This document shows, in pieces, positions 23,258 to 34,302 of a stretch of 64,000 nt of DNA. Source of the DNA: Geosiphon pyriformis uo1. Taxonomy: Eukaryota; Fungi; Glomeromycota. A program made the position numbers and the translations under genes. The notes beneath the pieces were generated by a model. That model was not told where the DNA came from. It saw nothing but the letters and a program-made list of their open reading frames with translations, and ran no database searches. Within the stretch, counting starts at the first letter, position 1; the number at the start of each line of letters is the position of its first letter. The stretch lies in NCBI GenBank assembly GCA_016748015.1, contig JAAOMT010000515.1, positions 1 to 64,000 of the forward strand, written 5' to 3'.

Positions 23258-24829
23258 GTCAAAATCCATATTGTTTTCTATTATATGGGTAATTATTCAT
23301 ACCTACTATAACAATTAGAAAAACACTTTAAAGCACACAACAAAAACAATCTAGATTTTATTGAACTTAATCCTTTGCTCTTCTGCTTGATTTGCTTTCC
23401 CATTAAAAAACAATTCAGTAGACAATTCCAAGACTTTTGGAACTGGTTTCTGAATGAGCATTCAGCTGAAACCTACACAGCTTATACAACCTATTGTTAC
23501 AGATTGGAATAACAAGCTAATGGATAACAAGAGAGAACAGGATTGTAAAGTGATAAAAGGAATCAAAGGAAATTCAACTTCAAAGAGTAAATTGAATAAG
23601 TATGAATTTAATGTGTAAGATCAGTCTTATAAAATATCTCAGTTACTATACTTTTCAAAGATAACCGGAGAATCTGAAGGTAGAAAAATAGTCTGTACTG
23701 TCAACAAATAATCACATCTGGTATAATTCTATGTTTCATGTTGGTGCTCTTAAAATTCAATATCAGGTATCAGATGTACTTTTCAGTCACATTTTATTCA
23801 ATAATCTTCAAATGCTGCAATTACATGTTTTAGAGAAAGAGTAAAAAATAACCAACAAGTGATCTTTTATCTTTAAGATGTTCAGATACTTGAAAGTAGA
23901 GAAAGAGAAATTAGTGATAAGAGAGAGATTGAGATGAAAGTTGTTATTTTATTTATTTAATTTCCTTGATTTCTTCATGTTTTTCTACAACTAAGAGATT
24001 TATTGCTTATATAACTGTCAAAAGTGGTCAATGATCAAGTCAACAACTAGGTCAATGATCAGGTCAATGATCACTTACTAAAAATAGAGTGGCTAATTTA
24101 TGTGACATCAGTGGCTAATACATGTGATAATTAATAAGAAGTATAAGTTTCAACTGTAACATCATCCTCTCCAAAAAAATTGAGCTCCAGCAAAATTAAG
24201 TTATTTATGATGTAATCTATTGAAAGGGTTTTATCTAACTCAAAGCTAACTAGTTTGTTGAAGTCTTTTGTGGATAAGGTATATAACACTTGAGGTGAAA
24301 TAAGTTTTGTATCCAAGAGACCAAATCTTTGTATTAGAGTTTTGGCTCTTTTAGCAATAGTTAAAACTCTTGAAACATCTAACTATATAATGCCCAAAAT
24401 TTTTGCTTGTATCTCTGAAGTTGTTTTTTTCATGAGTTTCATATCCTCTATAATTTCACCAAGACAACCATAGAGTTTTAATTGCCTTCTATATGACAAG
24501 TTTTTGTCTATGGATAAGATTTCTTGAAGTGTTTTTCTAATTGTGCTGAAAGGTAAGAGTATAGCTGCTGTTATACTTTCCAACAGATATTTATCTATTT
24601 TACTATCAATTTTTTCTTTTCTGGTAGTAGTTTTCTTTGGTCTAATAATAGTATGTGTTCTACTGTTATCAGTTATGATGATTTGTTTTCCAATGGTCAG
24701 AGTAGCATTTGGATAGTTTTTGATTCAATACTTATAAAGAGTATAAAAGATGTTTTGAATGTTTTGATCAAGAAAATAATTGTTTATGTCAATTGAAGAT
24801 ACCTCTGTTTTGGGAATAGTGCATTTATT

Positions 24830-27800
24830 TATACTTGATTTTTGCTAATCATTTGAGTTGGTATTATCACAACAGACAGCCAATCAGGTTGTTAATGATA
24901 TTTTTTGAGTTATGTATCATGAACAGGACGATCATTGAAGATTGTTCCAGATTGATCTTAAAGAATATAAGAACTATTGTTCAAAACTTTGTTGACTATA
25001 AAGAGTCTTTTCCACTGGCTAGAAAATTTATCACCATAAACATTGTCTCTGTCAGAATGGTATTTTAATACCAAGTCACCAACACTTAAAGAAAGTGTTT
25101 TATAGGTTTTCTTTTTCTTAAGCTTTTCTTGAAACTGTTTTATCTTTTCAAAAGCAATTATTCATGCTTTTACCAAGGAGTCAAGAATGGTACCAAGTTT
25201 TTTTTGCAAAATGTCTTTGTAATTTTATATTGTGATCTCTTTAAAAGATATTGTTTCAATGTTAGTTTCTATTAATAGTGTTGCCATGCATCCATAGAGC
25301 AGATAAAAAGGTTCATAACTTGTTATGTCATGATTTACAGTTCTATAAGCAAACAAAGCTGAAAGCAGTATTTTGTCCCATAAGTTTGTTTCTTTACTGG
25401 TTTTGGCTAGAGTTTTATATAGTGTTCTATTGAAACCTTTTACTAGGCCATTTGTTTGAGGGTGATAAGGAGAAGAAAGTTTATGATGTATTCTCATTTT
25501 TCTACAAAGTTCTTCAACCAGTGTACTAAGAAAAGCTCTTCCTCTATCAGATAAAAGTTCTTTGGTGCAGCCATGACAGCAAATGATTTCTTCATAACTG
25601 AAATTGGCTATTGAGACTGCTGTTTGGTCTAGAGTGGCTCTTGCTTCTACTCACTTTATAAGATAGTCAGTAGCTGTAATAATATATCTATTGTCATCAG
25701 GAGTTATTGTTAAGGGTCCAACAACATCTATACCAATTCTGTCAAATGGTTGGTTAATAGAGATTAGATTAATATTTTTCTTCTGGTTGGGTTTTCTTCT
25801 TCTTTGGCAAATGTCACAGGTTTTAATGTACTCAGCAATATCTTTTTTTAAGATAGGCCAATAATAATGAGCTAAAGTTTTCTGAATTGTTTTTGTTTTT
25901 TCAAAGTGTCTAGTTAATGGGTCAGTGTGCATGTTGTATATTACAATTTTCTTTTTTTCAAATCTGATAACTCTCTGGGGACAGTCAGGATCTTTTCTGT
26001 TTCTTTTGTATAATTGGTTCTGGCAGATCAAATAGAAATTTGATTGTTTGTGCAAATGTTTACTTTGCTGTCAAGTGTATTCTAGTGAATATTGTGATTT
26101 ACCTAAAAATTCTATTAAAGCTGAGTAGTTGTCCAAGTACATTATTATGTTTGTTTATGAAGGAGTTACTAATAATTAAGTTGGTTTGGTTTGAGAGATT
26201 GTACTGTCACTGGATGGTAAGTCTAGATAGAGTGTTAGCATTTTGATGATTTGCTCCTTTGTGGTGTTGAATATTATAGTTGAATTCATCCAAGTGGAGT
26301 ATTCAGCTGTTATTCGTTTGTGTTCCAGCTTCTTTTTTATGTGCAGCCAAACCAAGACTTGATGATCTGTTACCACTAAGAATTTTGCACCAAGAAGATA
26401 TTGATCCCAGTAGTTGGTAGCCCAAACTACTGTTAAACATTCTTGTTCAGTAATTGAATAGTTCTTTTCTGCTGGTGTGAGGGATCTACTGGCATATGCT
26501 ATGACATGTTCTTTGCCATTTTCATCTTTCTGTGAAAGAACAGCACCAAGTTCATAGCCAGATGTATTAGTGTGGAGAATAAAAGGTTGGTTCAGATCAG
26601 GTTATTTGAGAATTGGTTTAGTAACAAGTTTTTCCTTCAAAATTTCAAAAGCTTTTTGTTAAGGAGTGCTCCAGTGATAATTGACAATTTTTCTGAGTAG
26701 CTGATTGAAAAGAAAAGTGATTTTGGAAAAATCCTTGATAAAATTGCAATAGTAAGAGACCAAACCAAGAAAAAAGCATTGTTCAGAAATATTTATTGGT
26801 TGTTTAAAGTTCTGGACTTTTTTAACTTTAGCTAAGTCAGGGAAAATTTCATCTTTTGTGACAAGATGACCAAAAAACTGGGTGGATTGGCATCCAAAAA
26901 AAAATTTGATTGGGTTTATCTTGAGGCCAGCATTTCTGAACAGGTCAAAAACCTTCTGTAAATGTTCAAAGTATTCATCCCAGGTTTTTGAGTAGACCAT
27001 TATGTTGTCTAAGTAGACAAGAACAAAGTTTTCTTTTACTGATTCAAATACTTTGTCCATCAGACATTAAAAGTTGGGAGGAGTATTGGTAAGACCAAAA
27101 AACATGACAGTGAATTCATAAGTGCCATACTTGGTAATAAAGGCAGTTTTTTTTTCTACTTTCCAGATCCATTTCTACTTGCCAGAATTCAGCAGTTAAG
27201 TCAATGGTTAAGAAGAAAGCAGCACTATTGAATTTATCTAGTATTGCATCAATTTTGGGGAGTGGATACATGTCTTTTATAGTGATGGCATTTAATTAGC
27301 AGTAGTCAACACAGAAGCATAGGGTTCTACCTTTCTTGGATACCACTACAACTGAAAAAGCTTATTGACTCTTGGTTTTTTGTATAAATTCAAGATCTTT
27401 CATCTGTTTTATCTCTTTCTTGATAAACTTATTATTATGTTAATTAGATTGATAAGACTTCAAATGGATAGGGTGAGTTTCTTTGGTGGTGATGGTGTGT
27501 TGTATCACATGAGTTCATCTGGGGGTATCATCTTCTTTTGAAATAACTGGGCTATTTCTAGCCAACAGATTTTCAATGTCTACTTTTCTTTTTTCAGAGG
27601 AAGGTTTTCTTTGTTCTATAACTAATAATTGGATTTCAGATGGTTCATTCTCAAAAGACTTTTGTACCTCTTTAAGTTTTTTTCGAAGTATTAAGCTAAT
27701 TGGTTCTCAATCTTTGTAATAGATTAGGCAGAATTTGCATTTATCACTTAGTGAATACAAAAGTTTATTATACCAGTACCATGCACAAGGGCCATGCCAC

Positions 27801-28219
27801 CAATAACTGTATTTTGCTTTTTTGCCAGGTTTTTTGTCAAAGGTTCTTCTGAGGATATCATAGTAGGGCCAGCAGATCAGCTTGCCATTTACCATGATTT
27901 CTTCTTTGTCAGCTTTAACATTGTCTAATGGCTTGCCATTGCTGGTGAAAATAGTATAAGCAAGTTTAGCAGTTTCTTCTGGTTCTTCTTGCTCTCATCA
28001 TTATCTGATTTATCTGATTGTTTTTCTTCTTGGTTTTGCTTGAGTACTAGACAAGTTGTCCAATGTCAGCATTTAACCACAATGGATTTCTCACCACATC
28101 TAATGATTAGCTTGCAAAGTTCATAGTTAAGTAGTGCTTTGGCTTTCTTAAGCCATTCATTACCAACAATGATGGTGTACTCTTTTGCTTCAGATACTTT
28201 CATATCTGTTTTAATGCTG
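24830..28219 (-). pseudogene. GyA A3 pol (PR end, Cys-rich insert, RT, RNase H, IN)
   Basis: ORFs 27707-27895, 26659-27060 (VYLDN), 25651-26055 and 25225-25497 (SSPYHPQTNGLV). Confidence 0.88.
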
Positions 28220-28223
28220 ATAC

Positions 28224-28985
28224 TGTTATGGGTTGGAGTAACAAGCTAATGGATAGCAAGGGAGAACAGGATTGTAGGGTGATGAAAGAAATCAAAAGGA
28301 ATTCAACTTCAAAGAGTGAATTGAATAAGTATGGATTCAATGTGTGAGATCAGTCTCATAAAATATCTCAGTCACTATACTTTTCAAAGATAACCAGAGA
28401 ATCTGAAGGTAGAGGAATAGTCTGTACTGTTAACAAATGATCACACTTGGTTTAATTCTATGCCTTACATCAGTGCTCTTAGAATTCAATATCAAGTATC
28501 AGATGTGCTCTTCAGTCATGTTTTATTTAATAATCTTCAAATGCTGCAATTACACATTTCAGGAAAAGGGTAAAAAATAACCAACAAGTAATTTTTTATC
28601 TTTAAGATGTTCAGATACTTGAAAATAGGGAAAGGGGAATTAGCGATAAAAGAAGGATTGAGATAAAGTTGTTATTTTATTTCTTTTATTTCTTTGATTC
28701 TTATATCTGATTCTTACATGCTTTTCTACAGTTAAAAGATTCATTGCTTATATAGCTATTAAAAGTGGTCAATAATCAGGTCAACAGTCAGGTCAATGAT
28801 CAGGTCAATGATCAGGTCAATGATCAGGTCATTGATCAGATCAATGATCAGGTCAATGATCAGGTTAATGGTCAGATTATTGATCAGATCAATAATTACT
28901 TCTAAAAATAGAGTGGCTAATTTATATGACATCAGTGGCTAATACATGTGATAATTAATAAGAAGTATAAGTTTCAACCATAACA
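28224..28985 (-). mobile_element. GyA solo LTR in the protease of A3
   Basis: Single LTR flanked by TSD ATAC (28220-28223, 28986-28989); host protease sequence is contiguous once it is removed. Confidence 0.92.
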
Positions 28986-29100
28986 ATACCATTGATGCAG
29001 ACAGGAATAGCTTTGGCTATGCCCAGGCTTTTTTTCTTGTTACCATATACATTGGTTATTGGTCTTGTGGAAGGCTCATCAATCTTTCTGCCAATTGCTT

Positions 29101-31523
29101 TTTTTTTTTTTATGTTAACGTGTAGCCATACTGATTGTTTATTAGTTAAGTCAACAGTAATATGACAGTTTCATAAAGCCAGCTCACCCAATAATACAAG
29201 AATTACAAGATGTGACTAACCACTTAGTGGAAAGCCCTAACTATATGCTAGTACTATCTTTGCTACTTAATGTATTAAACATTTCTAATTTGTACATTTT
29301 ATTCATAATGCTAACAAGTGCATAACTATTCTTAACCATACTACTCATCTACTTAGCAGTCTGATCAGGACTGGATTTGATACTGAAAGGCTGATCTTCC
29401 CATAGGTGCATCATAACATCAAAGGTATTATTATAAACTGAAAAATCTTTATCATTATCATTATCATCATTATCAACCATGTCATCAACATCTGATCCAT
29501 CCTCCAAGCCAATCTGTTTTCATCTTTTTTTAAGGTGTGTAATGCTTTTTAGCATCACAGAAACAACAGCAGCCAAGCCTTTATTTTGCTTAGCCAAACT
29601 ATCTACACATTTCTTAACCAACACATCTATGCCAGTTGGAGTAGACAGCAGTTTAATAATCAATACAACAAGAGCACCAACAGGTTCAACTAAGGATTTT
29701 ATCAACACAGAGAGTTCACTAAGATGAGATTCCAAGGAAGCCAACCTAGATTTAACAGCAGAATTGGAAACAGAAGGTATAGCAGACACTATGGGTGGTG
29801 TAGTTTTGGGAGGACCACCGAGATCCAAGTTCATATCAGCAGCAGCAGCACCAGAAGGAACCACAAAAGCAGCAGCTTTGGCATAAGATTTAGATCCAGC
29901 AAACGAAGGTTTGAAAATTTTGGGGCCACCAGAAGTGTTGGAGGAGAGTTTGGGTGTGGAAGGAGGCAACTTTTTGCAGTCCATGGCCAAATAATCCAAG
30001 TTTTGACACCTGTAACAGCAACAACACTCAGGAGTTTCTCACCAGATACGACAATCATGCAAAGTACCAGTTTTTAACACAGCAACATTCAGAGATTCCA
30101 AAGAATCAAAGATAACCACAGCAAAGCATTGATGTTGATAAGATTCAGAGGAGTGAGAAATGAAACACATATGGCCACCAACTTGAGAGACCAAATTGCT
30201 TATCTCAAAGGCAGTACAGCCAAATGGAAGATTAACCAACTTAGCTTTGAATGCATTTCTTGAGGAAATAACCTTCTTTTGGTTGGCAACAGGAAAAATC
30301 CTAACACTATCTTTTCTAACCAATACAGACCAGTTAGAGAGAACAGCAGCAGTAGAAAAAATGTCTTTAAAATTAACCACAGCAAATTGTTATAAGCCAG
30401 CAGGCTTTAACTTAACAGAAGTGACAACACCAAAAATGCCAAGAGCAGTTTTGATGTTATCAGAAAAGATACCCAAAGATACATCATGCAGTACAACTGA
30501 CAAGGAAGGGAAAGAAACAAAGGCCACACCAGAAGACCGTGCAATCTTAATAGTGGTCAAAAACACCTCATCACTGATGGCCACTTTGGTGGCACCATTT
30601 AAACACTCCTAAGATGCAAATTCCACACAGAACAACTTAACAGTATCTCGTAAAACTGACTTAAGCCCAATACAACCAGGCAGTAACTGAAACAAGGAAC
30701 CAAGCAAGACCATTTTGATCTTGAATGTAGCATCAAGTACTAGATTGGAGGCCACCCAACCAGAAAACCTCTGACAACCATTTACATTTTTCCAAGCACC
30801 ACTATCAGCAGCACCAGAAACTGGGGGAGGGACAGTTGATTCCATTTCTATCTGATCAGTCCAATTTTTGAGATCATCTGGATTGATAAACTGTTTTGCT
30901 ACTGGGATTGGTGATAATCTGCTGGAGAATACCACATCAGACAACACAGCCAGTGGTTGATCTTGGCCCATCTTGGGAGATGTGCCACTGCTGTTGCCAT
31001 CCATATCAGGAAGAGGACTGGTTGCTGCTGTGAAAATCTCATCTAGAACCACAAAGAAGTTCAGTGTAACCATAGCAGTTGTGACTGCCTGCTGTTTTTT
31101 GGAATTTTTGGCTTTTACAGCCATTTGTGAAGTAGTAGTAGTAGAAGTAATAGTGGAAGTGGTGAGAGCAGGAAAGACCAACTTGTTGACTGGTTTGTTA
31201 TTAAAAATCTTTGGGCTTTTCGAAGTAGTGGAAACAACACTGGGACTAACCCAAATGTGTTTTTTTGAAGGAACTTTGACTAGAAAAAAACTACCAGCCA
31301 AAGGTGAAGAAAATGAACCAGAAGCCGTTAAAAGCAGCTTATTACTATTATTTTTTAAAGGAAATATAGCCAGAACGTTTTGTCTAACTGCTTCAATAAC
31401 AGAGAAATCCTTTCGTGTTGAAACTTTATTAGTCACTATAAGAAAAGTAATGTTTGCAACTTTTTTACTTTTAGCTCTATTTATAGTCATAAAATTTAGG
31501 AGAAAAAGAGTTTGTTTTTGGAT
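29101..31523 (-). mobile_element. Complete ORF1-only non-LTR retroposon (HAL1-like)
   Basis: 16-bp TSD TTTCTGCCAATTGCTT (29085-29100, 31524-31539); polyA (T run 29101-29111); ~33-nt leader; one 750-codon frame; ~130-nt 3' UTR. Confidence 0.88.
29241..31490 (-). pseudogene. LINE ORF1-type protein (S/T-rich N-terminus, RRM-like repeats, CCHC knuckle, coiled coil)
   Basis: ORFs 30609-31490, 30390-30584, 30039-30380 and 29520-29999 are all in one frame. Motifs DIKTALGIFGVVTSVKL, KAKLVNLPFG, CYRCQNLDYLAMDC, RLASLESHLSELSVLI. Confidence 0.8.
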
Positions 31524-31539
31524 TTTCTGCCAATTGCTT

Positions 31540-33583
31540 CAAGAAAATGTTTGGCAATTACACTAACAGATGATTCACTGTCTAGGATCAGATCAATGAA
31601 GTAACCAACCACTTGGGCTTTACAAATCAGAAAGGTGACATTGTTGTTATCAGCAAGTCCAGCTTGGCAAGAGTGTTTGTTGGTCTTTGGTGTCTTTTTC
31701 TTTGGTATTAATGATTTGTGAAGATCTTTTATAAACTGTAGATGGGTCATTAGTTGGCCAAATGTAATGTGTGCTGGGGTTTCCATAAAATCTTTAACAA
31801 CAGAATAGGGTCCAGATTTTTGTACAATTTTTGGGGGTTCTAACTTTGGAGAATTTTTAAAAACTTTAGTCTTTGGTGGCTCATTGTTATTAGCAGATGA
31901 TTTAGATGCTTTGTTTGGGTCCAAGATGAAATCAATCTTTGCTTTCTTCTTCTTTCTGGTTGATTCAAAGGTGTTAATTGCTAGTTCATTCATATCATAA
32001 TTATCATTAGTTAAGTTAAAAGCAAAAAAAAAGTTTTCTTCTGGTTGGCTTGCACTCTCACCCTTTGGAGGTGTGCTTACTAGTTTAAAGGCTGATAAAC
32101 AGTGGCTTCAACTAGGTGTTGGCATGATTTGGTCTTTGGTTAGGAACATTATTGTTGGTGGTTCTATTGTTTTGATTGTTATTGTTTCTAGGAGCTGGAG
32201 GGGGCAATGGAGAATTGTTGCAGTCTCTTAAAAAGTATTCAGTTAGTTTACAGCAATAGCACACAGGTGGGTCACAATTTTACTGTCTTTGATATGGTGG
32301 TTGTTGGGGCTGATTGAAGCAGGGTTCAAATCTGGTTCTTTGGAGTTGTTGGTTGTCTCTGACTGCTTGGGTTAATGGTTCTAATAGCTGGACAAAATTA
32401 ACTGTAAGTCTATCTATTAACTGTTTATTTGAGTCTTGAGTTTGAACAGCAAAAGAGGTAGCAGCCATTTGGGAAGCAGAAGCCATAACAGGAGCAGAAG
32501 CAAAAACTGGAAGTGTGAATTCTAGGTGCATCCTTTGATTGTCTTCTATTCTCTGAACAAGTTCAATAGCCATATTCATTGTGGAATTATCTTTCAAGAC
32601 CAGAAGGGGCCAAAGAGCATATGATAGATCAGTTCTCAATTCTTTTGTAAAGGAATGTATTTTCTGCTCTTCTGTCCAATTTCTTCCAGAGTCTACTCAT
32701 TTAATGAGTTTTTTTATTGCTTTGGCATATTTTGTCACAACTTTACCAGGGTCTTGAGTTCTTCTTTCTAATTCCATATGCCATTTTGAGATTAAAATGG
32801 AAGTTCTAAATTTTGTTTCAAACTGGATAGTGAAAGAGGTGTTGTCTTCTCTAGCATTTGCTGGTGCCCATTTAATGATTTTTTGCTGAGCATTGGCATT
32901 GATTTCTTGTGAGAACTAAGTAGTAGGAAAGGCTTGGAGGTAGCCATCTTATTATATTGGTTTGTTGTGGCAGCTCTCTCAAAATTATCCAGCCATTCAA
33001 TTGGATCTTGGGCATCACCTTTGAATAATGGTAATGGGGTGTTGTTTCTTCGCCCTAAAGCAGTCTGTATATCTTAGAGGGTGATCAGAATGTTTTGTTG
33101 CAGAGGGTCTTGAGCCATTGGTTCAGGTGTAACTGTTTGTGTGGAGTGTTCTGATTCACTTGAAAAGAGATCAAAAACAGGAGCAGTTTGATAGTTTTCT
33201 TCTTCTGTTTCAAAAGAAGTGTTTGTTGATTGATGGGCAGCAATCCAAATGTGGATTTGATGATTCAAATATTCGAAATCAGGGGGCTGTTGTTCAAAGA
33301 TTGCAGAATATAAGAGCTGATTAATACTGTTATTTCTTTCTTCAAAGTTGTCTTCAAAATAAGCTTGGTCAAAGTAATAGATTGTATAAACTATGTAGGT
33401 TTCAGCTGAATGCTCATTCAGGAACCAGTTCCAAAAGTCTTGAAATTGTCTGCTAGATTGTTCTTCAATGAAGAAGCAAATCAATCAGGAGGGCAAAAAA
33501 TTGAGTTCAATAAAGTTTAGATCATTTTTGTTGTGTGCTTTAAAGTGTTCTGATTGTTGTGGCAGGTATAAATAATCACCCAT
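31540..33583 (-). pseudogene. GyA A3 gag and start of pol/protease
   Basis: ORFs 33074-33484, 32280-32639 and 31496-31993 (LILDSESSVS). Confidence 0.85.
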
Positions 33584-34302
33584 ACAATAGAAAACAAAGT
33601 GGATTTTGACAACCTCACAGAGAGCACTACTTTTATGTTATGGGTTGGAGTAACAAGCTAATGGATAGCAAGGGAGAACAGGATTGTAGGGTGATGAAAG
33701 GAATTAAAGAGAATTCAACTTCAAAGAGCAAATTGAATAAGTATGGATTCAATATGCGAGATTAGTCTCATAAAATATCTCAGTTGTTATACTTTTCAAA
33801 GATAACCAGGGAATCTGAAAGTAGAGGGATAGTCTGTACTGTCAACAAATAATCACACATGGTATAATTCTATGCTTTATGTCAGCACTCTTAGAATTCA
33901 ATATCAGGTATCAGATGTATTCTTTAGTTATGTTTTATTCAATAATTTTCAAATGCTGCAATTACACATTTCAGGAAAAGGGTAGAAAATAACCAACAAG
34001 TGATCTTTTATCTTTAAGATGTTCAGATACTTGAAAGTAGGGAAAGGGAAATTAGCAATAAGAGAAAGATTGAGATGAAAGTTGTTATTTTATTTATTTA
34101 ATTTCCTTGATTTCTTTATGCTTTCCTACAGCTAAGAGATTTATCGCTTATATAGCTGTCAAAAATGGTCAATAATCAGATCAACAGTCAGGTTATTGAT
34201 CAGGTCAATGATCACTTACTAAAAATAGAGTGGCTAATTTATGTGACATCAGTGGCTAATACATGTGATAATCAATAAAAAGTATAAGTTTTAATCATAA
34301 CA

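Larger units (their letters stand above)
23495..34302 (-). mobile_element. GyA copy A3: full-length, containing a solo LTR and a HAL1-like element
   Basis: LTRs 23495-24161 and 33636-34302; TSD CTAT (23491-23494, 34303-34306); PPT 24162-24172; PBS 33611-33629; decayed ORF3, IN, RT-RH, PR and gag. Confidence 0.92.

Noticed and set aside
23491-23494. TSDs as decayed N-CG-N (CpG-targeted integration)
   Set aside because: Uninterrupted copies already read CTAT (gag) and CTAC (IN), so TA was present at insertion; only a general YR preference is supported.
28330-28430. Intron-containing tRNA-Met gene inside the GyA LTR (TCAGTCTCATA..[~39 nt]..ATCTGAAGGT)
   Set aside because: The split falls near the canonical intron position, but there is no D-arm, T-loop (TTCGA) or acceptor stem. 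Treated instead as primer-pairing boxes.
30973-31566. Antisense ORFs opposite HAL1-like ORF1 (also 39919-40500, 21826-22092)
   Set aside because: Shadow frames of a Ser/Thr-rich coding strand; ends vary between copies and no motifs are present.
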